DNA of 63,763 bases, the filler included, from Octopus bimaculoides (lineage: Eukaryota), in the NCBI RefSeq assembly GCF_001194135.2. It is 5 parts of 5 records of this genome, joined end to end, with 100 filler letters (N's around TTAATTAATTAA, not from the genome) between each part and the next. Parts side by side here need not be neighbours in the genome. Positions count along the whole stretch, not along the records: positions 1 to 16,646 come from NC_068982.1; 4 more parts are not named here. The stretch is one strand, 5' to 3'. Shown one piece after another: positions 1 to 11,879 of this stretch (position 1 is its first letter; every line of letters starts with the position of its first letter). The translations under genes were made by a program, and so were the position numbers. The notes under the pieces were generated by a model, which saw only the letters and a program-made list of their open reading frames with translations, was not told the origin of the DNA and ran no database searches.

Positions 1-270
1 TTCTTGTCCATTTCCACATATTCTACAGTTACTTGTTGTTTCTTTTCATTATATGTTTTTGGTAATTTCTGGTGGGGAGGCTTTGGTCTTGTGCAGCAAT
101 TAAAAATCCTTCAGTCTCTGCTTTGAGTCCTGAGCTTCTCAACCATTGCTGGGATTTTTCTCTGTCTATTTCTTTTGCATTTAGTTTAGCCCAGTATTTA
201 CCATGTTGGGGCTTTTCTTGCCATCGTTTTATCATGGTCCGTTGCTGTTCTAGTTTTAGTTTGGATTTCA
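1..270 (-). mobile_element. R4/Dong-like RLE non-LTR retrotransposon fragment (post-RT region and start of CCHC knuckle), 5'-truncated
   Basis: Minus translation RWQEKPQHGKYW...SQQWLRSSGLKAETEGFLIAAQDQSLPTRNYQKHI, then after a frameshift TSNCRICGNGQE. This resembles the R4/Dong region before the CxxC zinc knuckle. The 5' end abuts (AAT)n. Confidence 0.8.
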
Positions 271-271
271 T

Positions 272-283
272 TTATTATTATTA

Positions 284-345
<62 letters not shown>

Positions 346-355
346 GTTATTATTA
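272..355. repeat. (TAT)n microsatellite
   Basis: Directly visible near-perfect trinucleotide run. Confidence 0.95.
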
Positions 356-359
356 TCAA

Positions 360-626
360 GCTGACTGAATCATTAGCATGCTGAACGAAATGCTTAGCAA
401 CATTTTGTCCATCTTTACATTCTGAATTCAAATTCTGTCAAGGTTAACTTTGCCTTTCATCCTTTCAGGGTTAATAAATTAAGTACCAGTGAAACACTGG
501 GGTTGATATAATCGGACTAGACCCCGTTCCCCCAAACTTTCAGGCCTTGTGCTTATTGTAGAAAGGATTCTTCTTCTTCTTCTTCTTCTTCTTCTTCTTC
601 TTCTTCTTCTTCTTCTTCTTCTTCTT

Positions 627-713
<87 letters not shown>

Positions 714-910
714 TAGGTGCCAAGCTGGTAAAATGCTTGGTGTCATTTCGTCTGCCGTTAAGTTCTAAGTTCAAATTCTGCCCAGGTCGACTTTGTTTTT
801 CATGCTTTTGAGATCAATAAAATAAGTACCAGTTAAGTTTTGGGGTTGATGCAATCAACTAACCCCCTTCCCCCAAAATCTCAGGTATTCTGCCCATAGT
901 AGAAAGGATT
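360..910 (+). mobile_element. Two tandem copies of SINE family C separated by a (TTC)n(TTA)n tail at ~569-712
   Basis: Recurrent consensus gctggcagaatcgttagcac...gaaatgcttagc...ttctgagttcaaattc...aagtaccag...ccccaaatttcaggccttg...agaaaggatt. Other copies at ~955-1170(-), 6826-7010(-), 7283-8105(+), 9685-9912(-), 14715-15578(-, cluster), 19185-19310(-), 28795-28945(+), 38782-38995(+), 57520-57648(-). Confidence 0.8.
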
Positions 911-1179
911 ATTATCATTATTAACGATAATAATAAAAATTAAAAAAATACTAATGGCTTCAAATTTTGGCACAAAGTCAGCAATTTTGAGGGAGGGAGT
1001 TAAATCAATTACATTGACCCCAGTGTTTAACTGGTACTTATTTTATCACCACTGAAAGGATGAAGGGCAAAGTTGACCTCGGCAGAATTTGAACTCAAAA
1101 CATAAAGATGGACGAAATGATGCTAAGCATTTTGCTCAGTGTGCTAATGATTCTGCCAGCTTGCTGCCCTGATAATAAT

Positions 1180-1543
1180 AACAAGAGCACCCAGAGAGTG
1201 CAAACCTCCACCAAGGCAACACCGACGTCCTCTCAACGATTAGCCAGAGATGATTTTTAAAATGAGAATATCTGAAATAAACTCGACTGCTCTCACAAAC
1301 AAGAATACTAAAAATGAACCTGACCGCTCTCAAAAATTAAGTTAAAAAAACAGAAAAATAATCCAGAATCCTTGTCCAATAATGGATCAGTTCCGAAATT
1401 TAATCAATTTGTGCCAGCCATGAGGCCAAACATCCCTAAAAGTTTCATCCGAATCCATTCAGTGGTTCTTGAAATATTTTGTCCATGGATAAACAAACAG
1501 ACAAACACAACTGAAAACAATACCTTCGCCAAGGCAGAGGTAA
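1180..1543 (+). mobile_element. Helentron/HINE-like non-autonomous element
   Basis: 5' subterminal motif aacctccaccaaggc and 3' hairpin-forming taccttcgccaaggcagaggtaa share the ACCTCCGCCAAGG motif. This arrangement is typical of Helentron-associated interspersed elements. Confidence 0.5.
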
Positions 1544-1719
1544 TCATAACAATATTATTCACTTACACTATTTGCAATTCATTGATGTATAAAGAATTAG
1601 TCATAGCAAATGAATAAATAAAAATCTCCAATATTTAGGTCATCATTCCTAGTTCATTCTCCCTTTTCATAAAAGAATTGTGTGTAGCCCCTAAACAGCA
1701 TACACATACAAAAAAGGGG

Positions 1720-3250
1720 AATCATTGTTGGGAATCTTTTAATTCTATGATAATGGAAACTATTTGAATTCTTGGCTTATCAGCATATTGACAATGATTA
1801 TCATCCAGTGCTTCTCTACATATTTGTGGTTTAGTGCCACTGTTAGAAACCATATGATTATTTCCTTTTATCAAATCCTCTGATCTGGCCTTTATTTTCA
1901 GTTTCTGTAGCATTACTCAGACAAGAAACAAATCTCACAATAGACAGGATGCCAGTTTATTGTCAGAAAAATATGCTGTAGATGGAACAAAGCTCAGTAC
2001 TAGCATCCCATAAATCAATCATTGATTTCACATTCATCACTATACATTACAGAGAACTATATCAGCTTGCAGTGGCCTGGGAACAAAATTTGCTTAGTGG
2101 GTGCAAACTCAGGTCAAAATTTCTTTCAATCTTAATATCAAAACAAACACAGGTATAATAATATTTTTTATTATTATTACAAATGGAAAAGTAATGCTTC
2201 AAGTCATTCCAAAAATTTTTCTATACTGGTTTGTTTTGGCAATGAAGTTTTTCAAGAGGATGTCCAAAGTGTTTTCATTGCACAAAGTTTTATGTAAATG
2301 CATTAAGCACAGTGTATCAGACAGTGTTGCATCATTGTGATATGGAGTCAGGTCTTCAAACAGCAAATATGCTGAGCATTTTCTTGCTTGATGCAACAGA
2401 CACAGGCTTGCAACATGACATGCATTATTAGTATATTGCAGACTGTGTTGGAGTGGAAAAGGGGGACATTTGTTGCTAGGTCTTCTTGGATGAAGATCGC
2501 TATTTCTCCTTGCTTCCATATTCTGTAGTCAGTTCTGAATAGTATATAACCTGACATATGTATTTCCACATCCAATATGTCCAGGGTCAGGTGCATTTCA
2601 CTTAGTGCTACACATATTGTCTTTTCTTGCTGTGCAAGGTCTCTAAGATATGAAACTTTGACTTGTGAAGTGTGAAAAACCTTGTACACTGGGCATTATT
2701 ATTGAGTTGAGATTTTGGATTAATGATAGCAAATGTGTGGTTGTGCACTGGGATAATAGCAGTGGCTGGTGCTGTATGAGAGCTAGAAGTTTTTTAAATT
2801 TTCATTTGCCAGATTCATCATCACTAAAAACAAATTTCTTGTTTTGGGAGGGGTTGTTGTCTGGAGTTGGTATGGTTGTAGTTATATGGTTTGTGGCTGT
2901 AGATTTTACTATTGTACCCAGTAGATATTTGGGGGACTTCTGCATTTCAATGAAAGTCTGGACCAACACTGCCACCATAAGGGATGTTTCTACTGTGAAT
3001 TTGGCAGTGAACTGGTGTCATGCTTTTACTATTGCATCAAGTCCCTGTAAGTTGAGAGAAGGGACAGTCACACATCAGACATAATCTTTTGTGTTGGGGA
3101 TAGTGACAGATTTTAGGATTCTGGGTTACATGTGCAGAAGTTATTACGTGTGATTTAGCAGTTGGTGGTGGGGGTGTTGTAAGATGTGTGGTTAGGTGTT
3201 GGCTGGTATTGCTTGTATGAATTGTGCATCTTGTTTCAGGAAAATGGGTG
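1720..3250 (-). mobile_element. Decayed CR1/L2-group LINE, 5' part (Cys-rich ORF1 remnant and APE endonuclease)
   Basis: Broken minus frames: KVSYLRDLAQQEKTICVALSEMHL...EIHMSGYILFRTD...GEIAIFIQEDL (APE-like TETHL and GGVAIY motifs), and ALDDNHCQYADKP (LxQxVxxPTR-like). Upstream LCLMCDCPF...HCQIH is Cys/His rich. Confidence 0.7.
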
Positions 3251-3429
3251 AAGTTACAGTCACTGCATATGCATAGTCACTCTCTTATTTTGAGGCTTCC
3301 TATGTTCATAATTTTCTTTCCTTTACAGTTGGCAGATTTATCATGGAGCTGTCAGATATACATTCAAATCGAGGTGGACAGTAGGGGAAGAAAGGAGGAG
3401 TGATTCTTCACTAATTGGAGTAATAACAG

Positions 3430-3775
3430 TGGTAATGGTAGTACAGTAGAATGGGATGACGATGGTGATGATGAATCTCTTGTGTTATTCTGAGAAGAAT
3501 TTCAGTGGCCTGATTGTGGTGAAGGGCTTTTGATTGTGGAGTTTAATAGGTCATCAATTGTTCTAGTATTGAAGAGTGACTTCCAATGCTGATCTTGTCG
3601 TTGCTATTATTTAGTTGTGGTAAGGTTAGTAGCAGTAGAACATGATAACAATGATGATGAAGGGTCACTTGTGGTATTCCAAGGAAATGTGCAAGTGGAT
3701 AGCTGAACTGTGAAAGGCTCTTGATTGTGGAGTTTAATAGTTCATCAATTGTGCTAGTATTGAGAGAGTGGCTGT
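3430..3775. repeat. Diverged tandem duplication, ~185-bp period
   Basis: ttgattgtggagtttaatag(g/t)tcatcaattg...ctagtattga occurs at ~3530 and ~3721, with similar upstream sequence. Confidence 0.75.
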
Positions 3776-3849
3776 GGTTGTTGTTATTGTGGTTGTTTTA
3801 TATGTGTGTGTGTGTATTTATATATAGATAGATACATACACACACACAT

Positions 3850-3889
<40 letters not shown>

Positions 3890-4270
3890 AATTTTAATAT
3901 TGAGGATGCTTTATTCAGTAATATATCTTTCTAGGGATTTTGGGGGAATTTTCTTTTTATTTCTTTTAGTTCTGTTCTTATTTGTGAAGAAACCTAATTT
4001 CAAGAAACTTTTTACAGATCAATTTTTAAACACTATTTTCTAAGCCTGAGAAAAGTAAGTAAGGGGTGCAATATTGAATTTTGAAGTCATACATGAAGTG
4101 AGCACTAATGATTTTACATGTCTACCATGCAGTGCTAGCAACATGATTTTAAACTGCTGAGCTTCCAACTTCTCTGGCACCATTTCAACATAGTCATCTG
4201 TATTCTCATGAAGGATTAAATTTGGATTTTTACATTTCTCTAATTGTTGTTATATAGTGCACAGTTAGTG

Positions 4271-4641
4271 GAGGCGCAATGGCCCAATGGTTAGGGCAGC
4301 GGACTCGCGGTCATAGGATCGCGGTTTCGATTCTCAGACCGGCGTTGTGAGTGTTTATTGAGTGAAAACACCTAAAGCTCCACGAGGCTCCGGCAGGGGA
4401 TGGTGGCGAACCCTGCTGTACTCTTTCACCACAACTTTCTCTCACTCTTACTTCCTGTTTCTGTTGTGCCTGTAATACAAAGGGTCAGCCTTGTCACACT
4501 GTGTCACGCTGAATATCCCCGAGAACTACGTTAAGGGTACATGTGTCTGTGGAGTACTCAGCCACTTGCACATTAATTTCATGAGCAGGCTGTTCCGTTG
4601 ATCGGATCAACTGGAACCCTCGACGGAGTGCCAACAACAAC
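4271..4641 (+). mobile_element. tRNA(Arg)-like-headed SINE (family A), near full length
   Basis: A-box tggcccaatgg, anticodon-like arm gcggactcgcggtc (TCG), B-box ggtttcgattc, conserved body and (ACA)n tail. Other copies at 19427-20505 (interrupted), 48715-49095(+), 57881-58160(-), 60436-60747(-), 16851-16958(-, partial). Consistent with the tRNA-Arg-derived SINEs reported from octopus. Confidence 0.85.
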
Positions 4642-5274
4642 GGTGCACAGTTAAGTGGTAGACTAAATCTGTTACCCTGTCTAACACCACAATCTGATCC
4701 ATAGTGGAGTCTAGTTTCTTGCAAGTATATTAATCATAAACCATAAATCTGAATATAAAATGTGAATTGGGATTTCTTCCTTTTCTCTTCCCATCAGTCT
4801 AGAATGCTTTCAAAAATGGTTATAGATGCTGCTCTTCCTCATATGATTAAGCCATAAAAAAGAAAGGTTATACACTGGTTATGTTCCTGTATATCTATAC
4901 TTGGAAACCAGTGTGGGAGGAATAGGAGGAACAGAGATAAATGGACTCATTAGTTTTTAATAGATCACATACAACAGAGACAATAAGTTTGAGTAAACTA
5001 AGAATATTGTAAAAACAGTAGACAAGATACAGAGAAGTGAACTTTTATTGTTGTTTAACACTAGGTCTGCCTTGATCAAACAGAGCTATGATTAACCATG
5101 ATCATTTTGTCTTTTATTATTATATTTTTTTATTAGTATCTATTTATTTATTTTTTTGCCAGTATAGCTTATCAAGACTATGTCATCCAATGTATCCCCA
5201 CTTTTCCAAGATATTTGGGTATGATTTGAGGGAGGTTTGATTACTATTTCTTACGGTGTTCTAAGTGATACAGT

Positions 5275-5495
5275 AGTGTTGTTAGTAATATGGTAGCATT
5301 TTTAGTGGCATTGTAGTGTGGTTAGTTTTATTGTAGTATGGTTAGTGGTACTACAGTGTGGTTATTGGTACTGTACTATGGTTAGTGTAACTGTAGTATG
5401 GTTAGTGGTGCTTTAGCGAGGTTAGTGATACTGTTGTGAGGTCAGCAGTACTGAAGTATGGTTAATAGTACTATACTGTGGTTAACGGTATGTAG
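5275..5495. repeat. Degenerate ~21-bp minisatellite (gtggttagtggtactgtagta)
   Basis: About 10 visible diverged units of tggttagt...actgtagta. Confidence 0.75.
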
Positions 5496-5499
5496 AATA

Positions 5500-5750
5500 G
5501 AGGCATGTAGCTTAGTGGTTAGGATGTTGGGATCATGATCATAAGATTGTGGTTTTGATTCCTGGGGAGAACGACGCATTGTGTTCTTCAGCAAAACACT
5601 TCATTTCACGTTGTTCCAGTCCACTTAGCTGGCAAAAATGAGTCATCCTGTGACGGACTGGTGACCCATCCAGGTGAGGAATGTATACATAACGGAAACC
5701 AGGAAACTGGCCCTAGGTGTTTATATGAATCAGGAAGGATCTTTATCAAG
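5500..5750 (+). mobile_element. tRNA-derived SINE family D
   Basis: A-box-like tagcttagtggtt, B-box-like ggttttgattcc, and gtgttcttcagcaaaacacttcatttcacgttg. Related copies at ~9316-9390 and 39088-39330. Confidence 0.65.
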
Positions 5751-5987
5751 GAAGTGTCACTGTAGCTGTTCTTATTTAGCTTCAGATCAGCTCTAGATGG
5801 GTGAACTTTATAATTAAAGGTTCACCAGCTGATCATGACTACACCATCTTTTTTTTGTGTATCATAGATGCATTGTGTAATGTGTCCTTTTAAAAGTCAG
5901 TAAATATGTAATCTGAGGGAGATTTGACTGTCATTTCTAACAGGTCAAGTGACCACTAGAAGCTCAAAGTATCACTGTAGTATGGTA

Positions 5988-6210
5988 TGAGGGGGTGCTC
6001 AAAAGTTCCTGGCTTTAAGGGTATCACAAAAGGCCTTGCTAGAGGACCAACCTTCTGAGCTCTTTTACAGGGCTTAGGAAAACTGGAGGACTGTTGCATT
6101 AAGTGTGTAAATCTGAGGGGTGGGGGGAATATATTGATTAAATCATAATTAACTGTTCCTCTTGTATATTCTTTTACCCAAAGCTAGGAACTTTTCAGCA
6201 CTCCCTTGTA
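5988..6210. mobile_element. Mariner-derived MITE
   Basis: Termini gagggggtgctcaaaagttcctggcttt / aaagctaggaacttttcagcactcccttgta form imperfect inverted repeats. A sister copy is at 18148-18365, and the same TIR bounds the mariner relic at 23997. Confidence 0.75.
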
Positions 6211-7440
6211 AAGCAAATGAAACTTAATACAGGTGTTGCACTGGCTTCATAACCCTCTAGTGAGTTCAGTTGTACAGCACTAAAGAAGTGGCAATTTGGT
6301 GTTAGTGACACTGTGGAATGTCTGTGATACATTGTGACACTATGTTGTTAGTGATACTATAGTGGGCTGAGAATTACTGTGTTTCAATTACACTATATTT
6401 TATTTCATTTTAATGGCTTTCTTAAGAAACACTCCTTGGAAAACATTCCTGACTTAATTCTGTTCTTGACCCAACTAACCTGACATAAATATGTTTAAAC
6501 ATATTACAGAGGAAGAAGAATGTGCATTGACAAAATAAATGCTCTTTGTTTTTTCTTTTTTTTTTCTTTTAATTTTTAGGAAGGTGCAGGCATGGCTGTG
6601 TGGTAAGACGATTGCTTCCTGGACACATGGTTCTGGATTCAGACCCACTGCACAGCACCTTGGGCAAGGTCAGCTAACATACATATATATAATAAAGGAA
6701 GTCAAGATTCAGATGAAATTCTGACTGCCTTCTTTTTCTCATATATAAATACGTATATATTTGAGCAAGGTCATTGCCAGTGCCGCTGGACTGGCTCCTA
6801 TGCAGGTGGCACATAAAAAACACCATTTTGCTTTTCATCCTTTTGAGGTCAATAAAATAAGTACCAGTTGAACACCGGGGTCAAAGTAATTGATTTGGCT
6901 CCTCCCTTGAAATTGCTGGCCTTGTGCCAAAATTTATATCCAGTATTAAATATTACAAGAATATAAAATAATATTGCTTTAAAATTTTGGCATAGAACCA
7001 GCATTTTGCCGGGTATGCTTGTGGTACCATCAGCTCCCGCTCTCAAATTCTAAAACAGAACAATTTAATTTTATCATTTAACATTTTGAGTTCAAATTCT
7101 GTTGGGTTTAACATTGACTTTCATTTCTAGTATCAATGAAATAATTACTGGTGTCGTCGTCATCATCATCATCATCATCATCATCATCACCATCATCATT
7201 TAACACCCTTTTTCCATGCTGATATGGGTTGAATAGTGTGGATGAATTAACTATAACCTTTACAAATCTGAGGCTTTCCGCATTAAGACAGTGAACTGAC
7301 AGAATCATTAGCACACTGGACAAGATGCTTAGCGATATTTTGTCTGTCTTTACGTTCTGAGTTCTAATTCCACCAAGGTTGACTTTGCCGTTCATCTTTT
7401 CAGAGATGATGAAATAAGTACCAGTGGAACACTGGGGGTT

Positions 7441-8075
7441 GACTAACCCCCTCCCCCAAATTTCAGTTAGCATCCTCCCCCAAATTTCAACTAGCCCCTT
7501 GCCTCAAATTTCAACTAGCCCCCTCCCCCAAATTTCAACTAGCCCCTCTCCCAAATTTCAACTAGCATCCTCCTCCAAATTTCAACTAGCTCTCTCCCCC
7601 AAATTTCATCTAGTCCCCTTCACAAATTTCAACTAGCTTCTTCCCCAAATTTCAACTAGCCTCCTCTCACAAATTTCAGCTAGCTCCTCCCCCAAATTTC
7701 AACTAGCACCTTTCACCAAATTTCAAGTAGCCCCCTCCCCCAAATTTCAACTAGCTTCCTCCCCAAATTTCAACTAGCACCTTTCACCAAATTTCAAGTA
7801 GCCCCCTCCCCGAAATTTCAACTAGTTTCCTCCCCAAATTTCAACTAGCTCCCTCCCCTAANNNNNNNNNNCACCTTTCACCAAATTTCAAGTAGCCCCC
7901 TCCCCGAAATTTCAACTAGTTTCCTCCCCAAATTTCAACTAGCTCCCTCCCCTAAATTCCAACTAGTCTTCTCCCCCAAATTTCAGCTAGCCCCCTCCCT
8001 CAAATTTCAAGTAGCCCATTCCCCCCAACTAGCCCCTCCTCCAAATTTCGATTAGCCCCTTCCCCCAAATTTCAG
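7441..8075. repeat. ~21-22-bp C-rich minisatellite (CCCCAAATTTCAACTAGCYY)n inside a family C SINE
   Basis: Roughly 28-29 units. The left flank is SINE body and the right flank is the SINE tail ccccaaatttcaggtcttgtacttatagtagaaaggatt. Confidence 0.9.
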
Positions 8076-8269
8076 GTCTTGTACTTATAGTAGAAAGGAT
8101 TATTACATCAGGCATGGGCAACATTTTACATGAAGTGGGCCACATGAGACATGGTTTATCATCAGGCAGGCTGCTCTACTAAAAAGATTTAAAGTAATTT
8201 TTCCTTTAGCATGCCACTCAGAAAAAGTCTCATGGCTGATTTAAAGTGAGGTGAGTGCTATAGAGTAAG

Positions 8270-8510
8270 TGGAAGTCACATAGTTGTTTCACGAGAGAGT
8301 CTCTGTGTGTTACCTGATGTGCTAGAAATAGCAGCCAAATCTTCATTAAATCACATTCTGTGATTAAAAAAAAAACATTGGAGAATGTAGCCCTGGTTTA
8401 CCTGCACATGTGAAAGAGACAGGATAGTTACATGTAGACTGGTTTTTATCATAGTCAGACTGATATTTTCCTAATTTGGAGCTAAACAACAAAACAATAA
8501 CCCTATCAGG
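8270..8510. mobile_element. Unclassified interspersed repeat family E (core gctagaaatagcagccaaat)
   Basis: The core or its complement atttggctgctatttctagcag, or the associated body, recurs near 5075-5255, 5770-5970, 8620-8960, 25085-25290, 48300-48580, 49160-49360 and 59090-59235. Confidence 0.65.
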
Positions 8511-10184
8511 ACATAATTTTCATTTAATTTTTATTGCTCTTTTTAGGACGGGCACGAAAGTTGTAATATGTATTCTTTCTTCTGCTATATAGGATCCATG
8601 TGCCTTGAGAAACTAATATTCAGAATTAGAAGTTGTTTTAGCCCCACCTCAACCCTAATAGCCCAAACTGAGCAGATCTACCTATAATTAAAGACATTTC
8701 ACCTGTGACTTTTCTGTCTTTTATTAAGACAAAGCATTTTCAACATTTTGTTGTCCAATCTTTCTTTTTGTTTAATTAATGTCTCAGGGAAACCTGTGAT
8801 CAAAGGTATTCCAGCTATAATCACCTCGTCTTTTATTAAGACACAACATATCTAAGACTACATCGTCCACTTCTTTTAAATATGATCTGAGACCGATTTG
8901 GCTGCTATTTCTAGCAGATTGAATAACCATGTAAAAACTTTCCTCATTGGCTTGTATGAATAGAGGAAGGGTTGCTGTTGTTGTTGTTTAATACCTTATC
9001 AACTCTAACCTAACAGACCTACGAGGGAAAGTGTTGTAAGTGCTGTAGATATCTAAAGTATTAAAAATAAAAATCATGTTGACATTTTGCATCCTGCCAC
9101 CAATGCTGTGTTCCTGGCACTTAATTTGGAGTGGCTTCCTCTTCTCCAGCAGTAAATTGGCATCAATGTTAGGTAATCAGATGTACAACTGATGCGTAAT
9201 TGACACTTAATACTGGGCATTACATAATTGATTTGTCAGAGTAGGATATAACAATTCAGATGAAAGACAATATATTACTGGTACTTACTCTGTTTGTAGT
9301 AGTAAGCTGAAAGTGAAGGAGCATGGCCTAGTGGTGAGGTGTTTGACTCACAATCTTAAGACATGAGTTTAATTCTTGAACTGGCAGCTGGTGCAGATCT
9401 CTCTCTCTCTCTCTCTGTCTCTCTGTCTCTCTCTCTTTCTCTCCCTCTCTAATAGTCACATCCTAGATCAAGAGTAAGGTATCTGAGAGAGTGCCTATGT
9501 TTGCACCTAAAACAGTTAACAAAAGCACAGACAAGCCAGAAGCTTATTTGCCAGTGATGGGAGGCTGTAACGAAGGCTGACAGGAAAAAATAATCTTGAT
9601 AAGATTTGGAGCATATGGAATAACGTTTTTTTGTCTGTCTTAGTGTTTACCCAGCTTCAGTTGCAAGGTCAGTTTGTTTCTTATTTCTTTATTGCCCACA
9701 AGGGGCTAAACATAGAGGGGACAAATAAGGACAGACAAAGGGATTAAGTCGATTACATCGACCCCAGTGTGTAACTGGTACTTAATTTATCTACCCCGAA
9801 AGGATGAAAAGTAAAGTCGACCTCGGCGGAATTTGAACTCAGAACGTCAAGACAGACGAAATATCGCTAAGCATTTCGCCCAGCGTGCTAACGTTTCTGC
9901 CAGCTCGCCGCCCAAAGGTCAGTTTGTTTCTAATGATAGAAATGATGTTGTGCCAATCAATGCATATCTCTGTCTAACATTGAAGACTTATCCTCAACAA
10001 CTGGATTCCAAAGGTCTTATTTTTTGCTATGAGAAGGCTGGTGATAAGAGGTAGTAGTTGAACAAAAACGGCAAACAGCTGGAACAGATATTGCAAAAGT
10101 ATCTCATCCAATGTTCTAACAATTCCACTAATCTACAGCCCTGAACTGATACTTTATTTATCAATCCTGAAAGGATGAAAAGCA

Positions 10185-11490
10185 AAATCTCCACTCCATC
10201 ACAAGTGATGTGTTTGCACCATTGCTGAAGCAAACTCTCAAATCCTCTTTCTAAAAATTCAGGTGTGCACTGTTGTATCCACTTCTCTGCCATTTTCACC
10301 TCATCTGTGTCATCAAATCTTTGTCCTTGAAGCCAGTCATTCATTGAATTAAACAAGTGGAACTTTAAGAACATTATATCTGGGCTATATAGCGAATGGG
10401 TGGCCACTGACCAGTTCAAGTTGCTGATTGTTGAATTTTGTTGTTGAAGATGAGTGTGATCACATATTACCATGGTGTTTGTCAATTATTTTCATATTTT
10501 TGTTTTGTCTCATCCTCCAAATGGCTTCTCTAAGCTTTTTAGGTGCATCAATGTACAACTCATTGTTCACAGTGTTGCCATGTTCCAGAAAATCAAGGTG
10601 AATGAATTACCCTTGTAATCCCAAAACACAGTTATCATAACCTTCTGTGCTTATCACTGGCTCTTGAACTTCTTAGGCCTTGGTGGAGAAGTGTGGTGCC
10701 ATTCCATGGAATGAGCTTTTGTTGGATGGTTTGACTGGGCTGGAAGGCTGGAAGGCTGTGCCCGGCTCCAGTCTGATTTGGCATAATTTTCTACGGCTGG
10801 ATACCCTGCCTAACACCAACTACTCCGAGATTGTAATGGATGCTTTTACATGCCACTGGCACAGGTGCCATTTGCATGACACTGGTACCTTCCACAACTT
10901 CGATTTTTCTCAGCTTGATGGGCCTTCTTCTCAAGCACAACATAATGCCAAAGGTCTTGGTCATTACCTCTGTGAAGCCCAACACTCGAAAGGAGCTCGG
11001 ACACTTTGCCTTCATGAGGTCCAACACTTGAATGGAACTCAGCTACCTTGCTTCCATGAGGCCTGCTCGAAAGGAACTCAGCCACTTTGCCTCCATCAGG
11101 CCCAACGCTCAGAGATTATAAAAATTATCAAATATTTTATCTCTCAGTCTCCAGATGGGTAAAAAAACGTGTCTTCATTGACTTCATTGACTTCAAATGC
11201 TTTTAGCAAATCTGATCAAATTTCCACCCTCTTCTCTTTCAAATTGGGTGTTAATTGTCTAGGCACCCATTTTTCACACACTTTCTGATATCGAAAAGTC
11301 TTCCATCATCTTCTGCAATGCATTACCATTACGACCACATTCCAGCTGTGTAGCAATCTCATGGATTGTGACTCATACATCCATGCAAATCAATTTTCCA
11401 CTTTCTGGTGATGCATATTAGTATTCACGGTTGAAGGTCTCTCATTGTATAATTTGTCTTCAAAGCCATTTTCTCTATTCTTAAGCTTCA
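10185..11490 (-). mobile_element. Decayed mariner transposase relic, interrupted by an RTE-tailed element at ~10715-11110
   Basis: Minus translation SLYSPDIMFLKFHLFNSMNDWLQGQRFDDTDEVK...LERGFESLLQQWCKHITCDG matches the mariner C-terminus (YSPDLAP...GxRF...RWxKCI). Confidence 0.75.
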
Positions 11491-11692
11491 TCTATCTGTG
11501 CTGATTGTTCTTGTCATCTGTGATGTCATCTCTGTAAACAACCTGTAGCCTTCTGCAGATGTCAGACAGCCTGCAACACTCCATCAAGAACTCAAGGACA
11601 ATACATTGTTCCTAAATGAAACCCATGGTTTACCTACAATGAAGGAGAAACAAAAATTTCTAATAGAGGAAGTATCACTATACCAACATCAC

Positions 11693-11870
11693 CATCATTT
11701 AGTGTCCGTCTTCCATACTGGCATGGGACAAATGGTTTGATAGGATTTGGCCTGCCATAGAGCTAGCTGCCCAGGTTCCAATTGCCTGTTTTGGTATGGT
11801 TTCTATAGTTACATCCTCTTCCTATGCCAACCACTTTAAAGAGTGTACTGTGTGCTTTCCACATGGCACC
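11693..11870 (-). mobile_element. RTE-tail-related element fragment (minus)
   Basis: Diverged reverse complement of the 12310-12475 tail (catcatttagtgtccgtcttccatactggcatggg). Confidence 0.7.
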
Positions 11871-11879
11871 GAATTTAAA

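Noticed and set aside
4018-4054. Plus-strand exon-like segment (ttttacAG...AAA|GTAAGT); similar one near 30700-30750
   Set aside because: It has no promoter or chain support. It is recorded as evidence that splice-like pairs arise by chance here, which lowers confidence in the minus-strand microexons.
4271-4345. Possible tRNA-Arg(TCG) gene
   Set aside because: The acceptor stem does not close, and the sequence continues into a conserved SINE body present in several copies.
7778-7955. Exact ~84-bp duplication across the 10-N gap; similar duplication at 25421-25505 and 25611-25706
   Set aside because: Identical sequence on both sides of a gap is typical of unmerged contig overlap.
7441-8075. 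CRISPR-like regular repeat appearance (also the 12057-12312 modules)
   Set aside because: There are no unique spacers of constant length and no cas genes, the context is eukaryotic, and the units derive from retroelement sequence.
9075-9300. Possible Penelope C-terminal relic and an 18-nt microexon near 9280
   Set aside because: The protein similarity is too weak, and the donor-like sequence resembles the SINE motif aataagtaccag.
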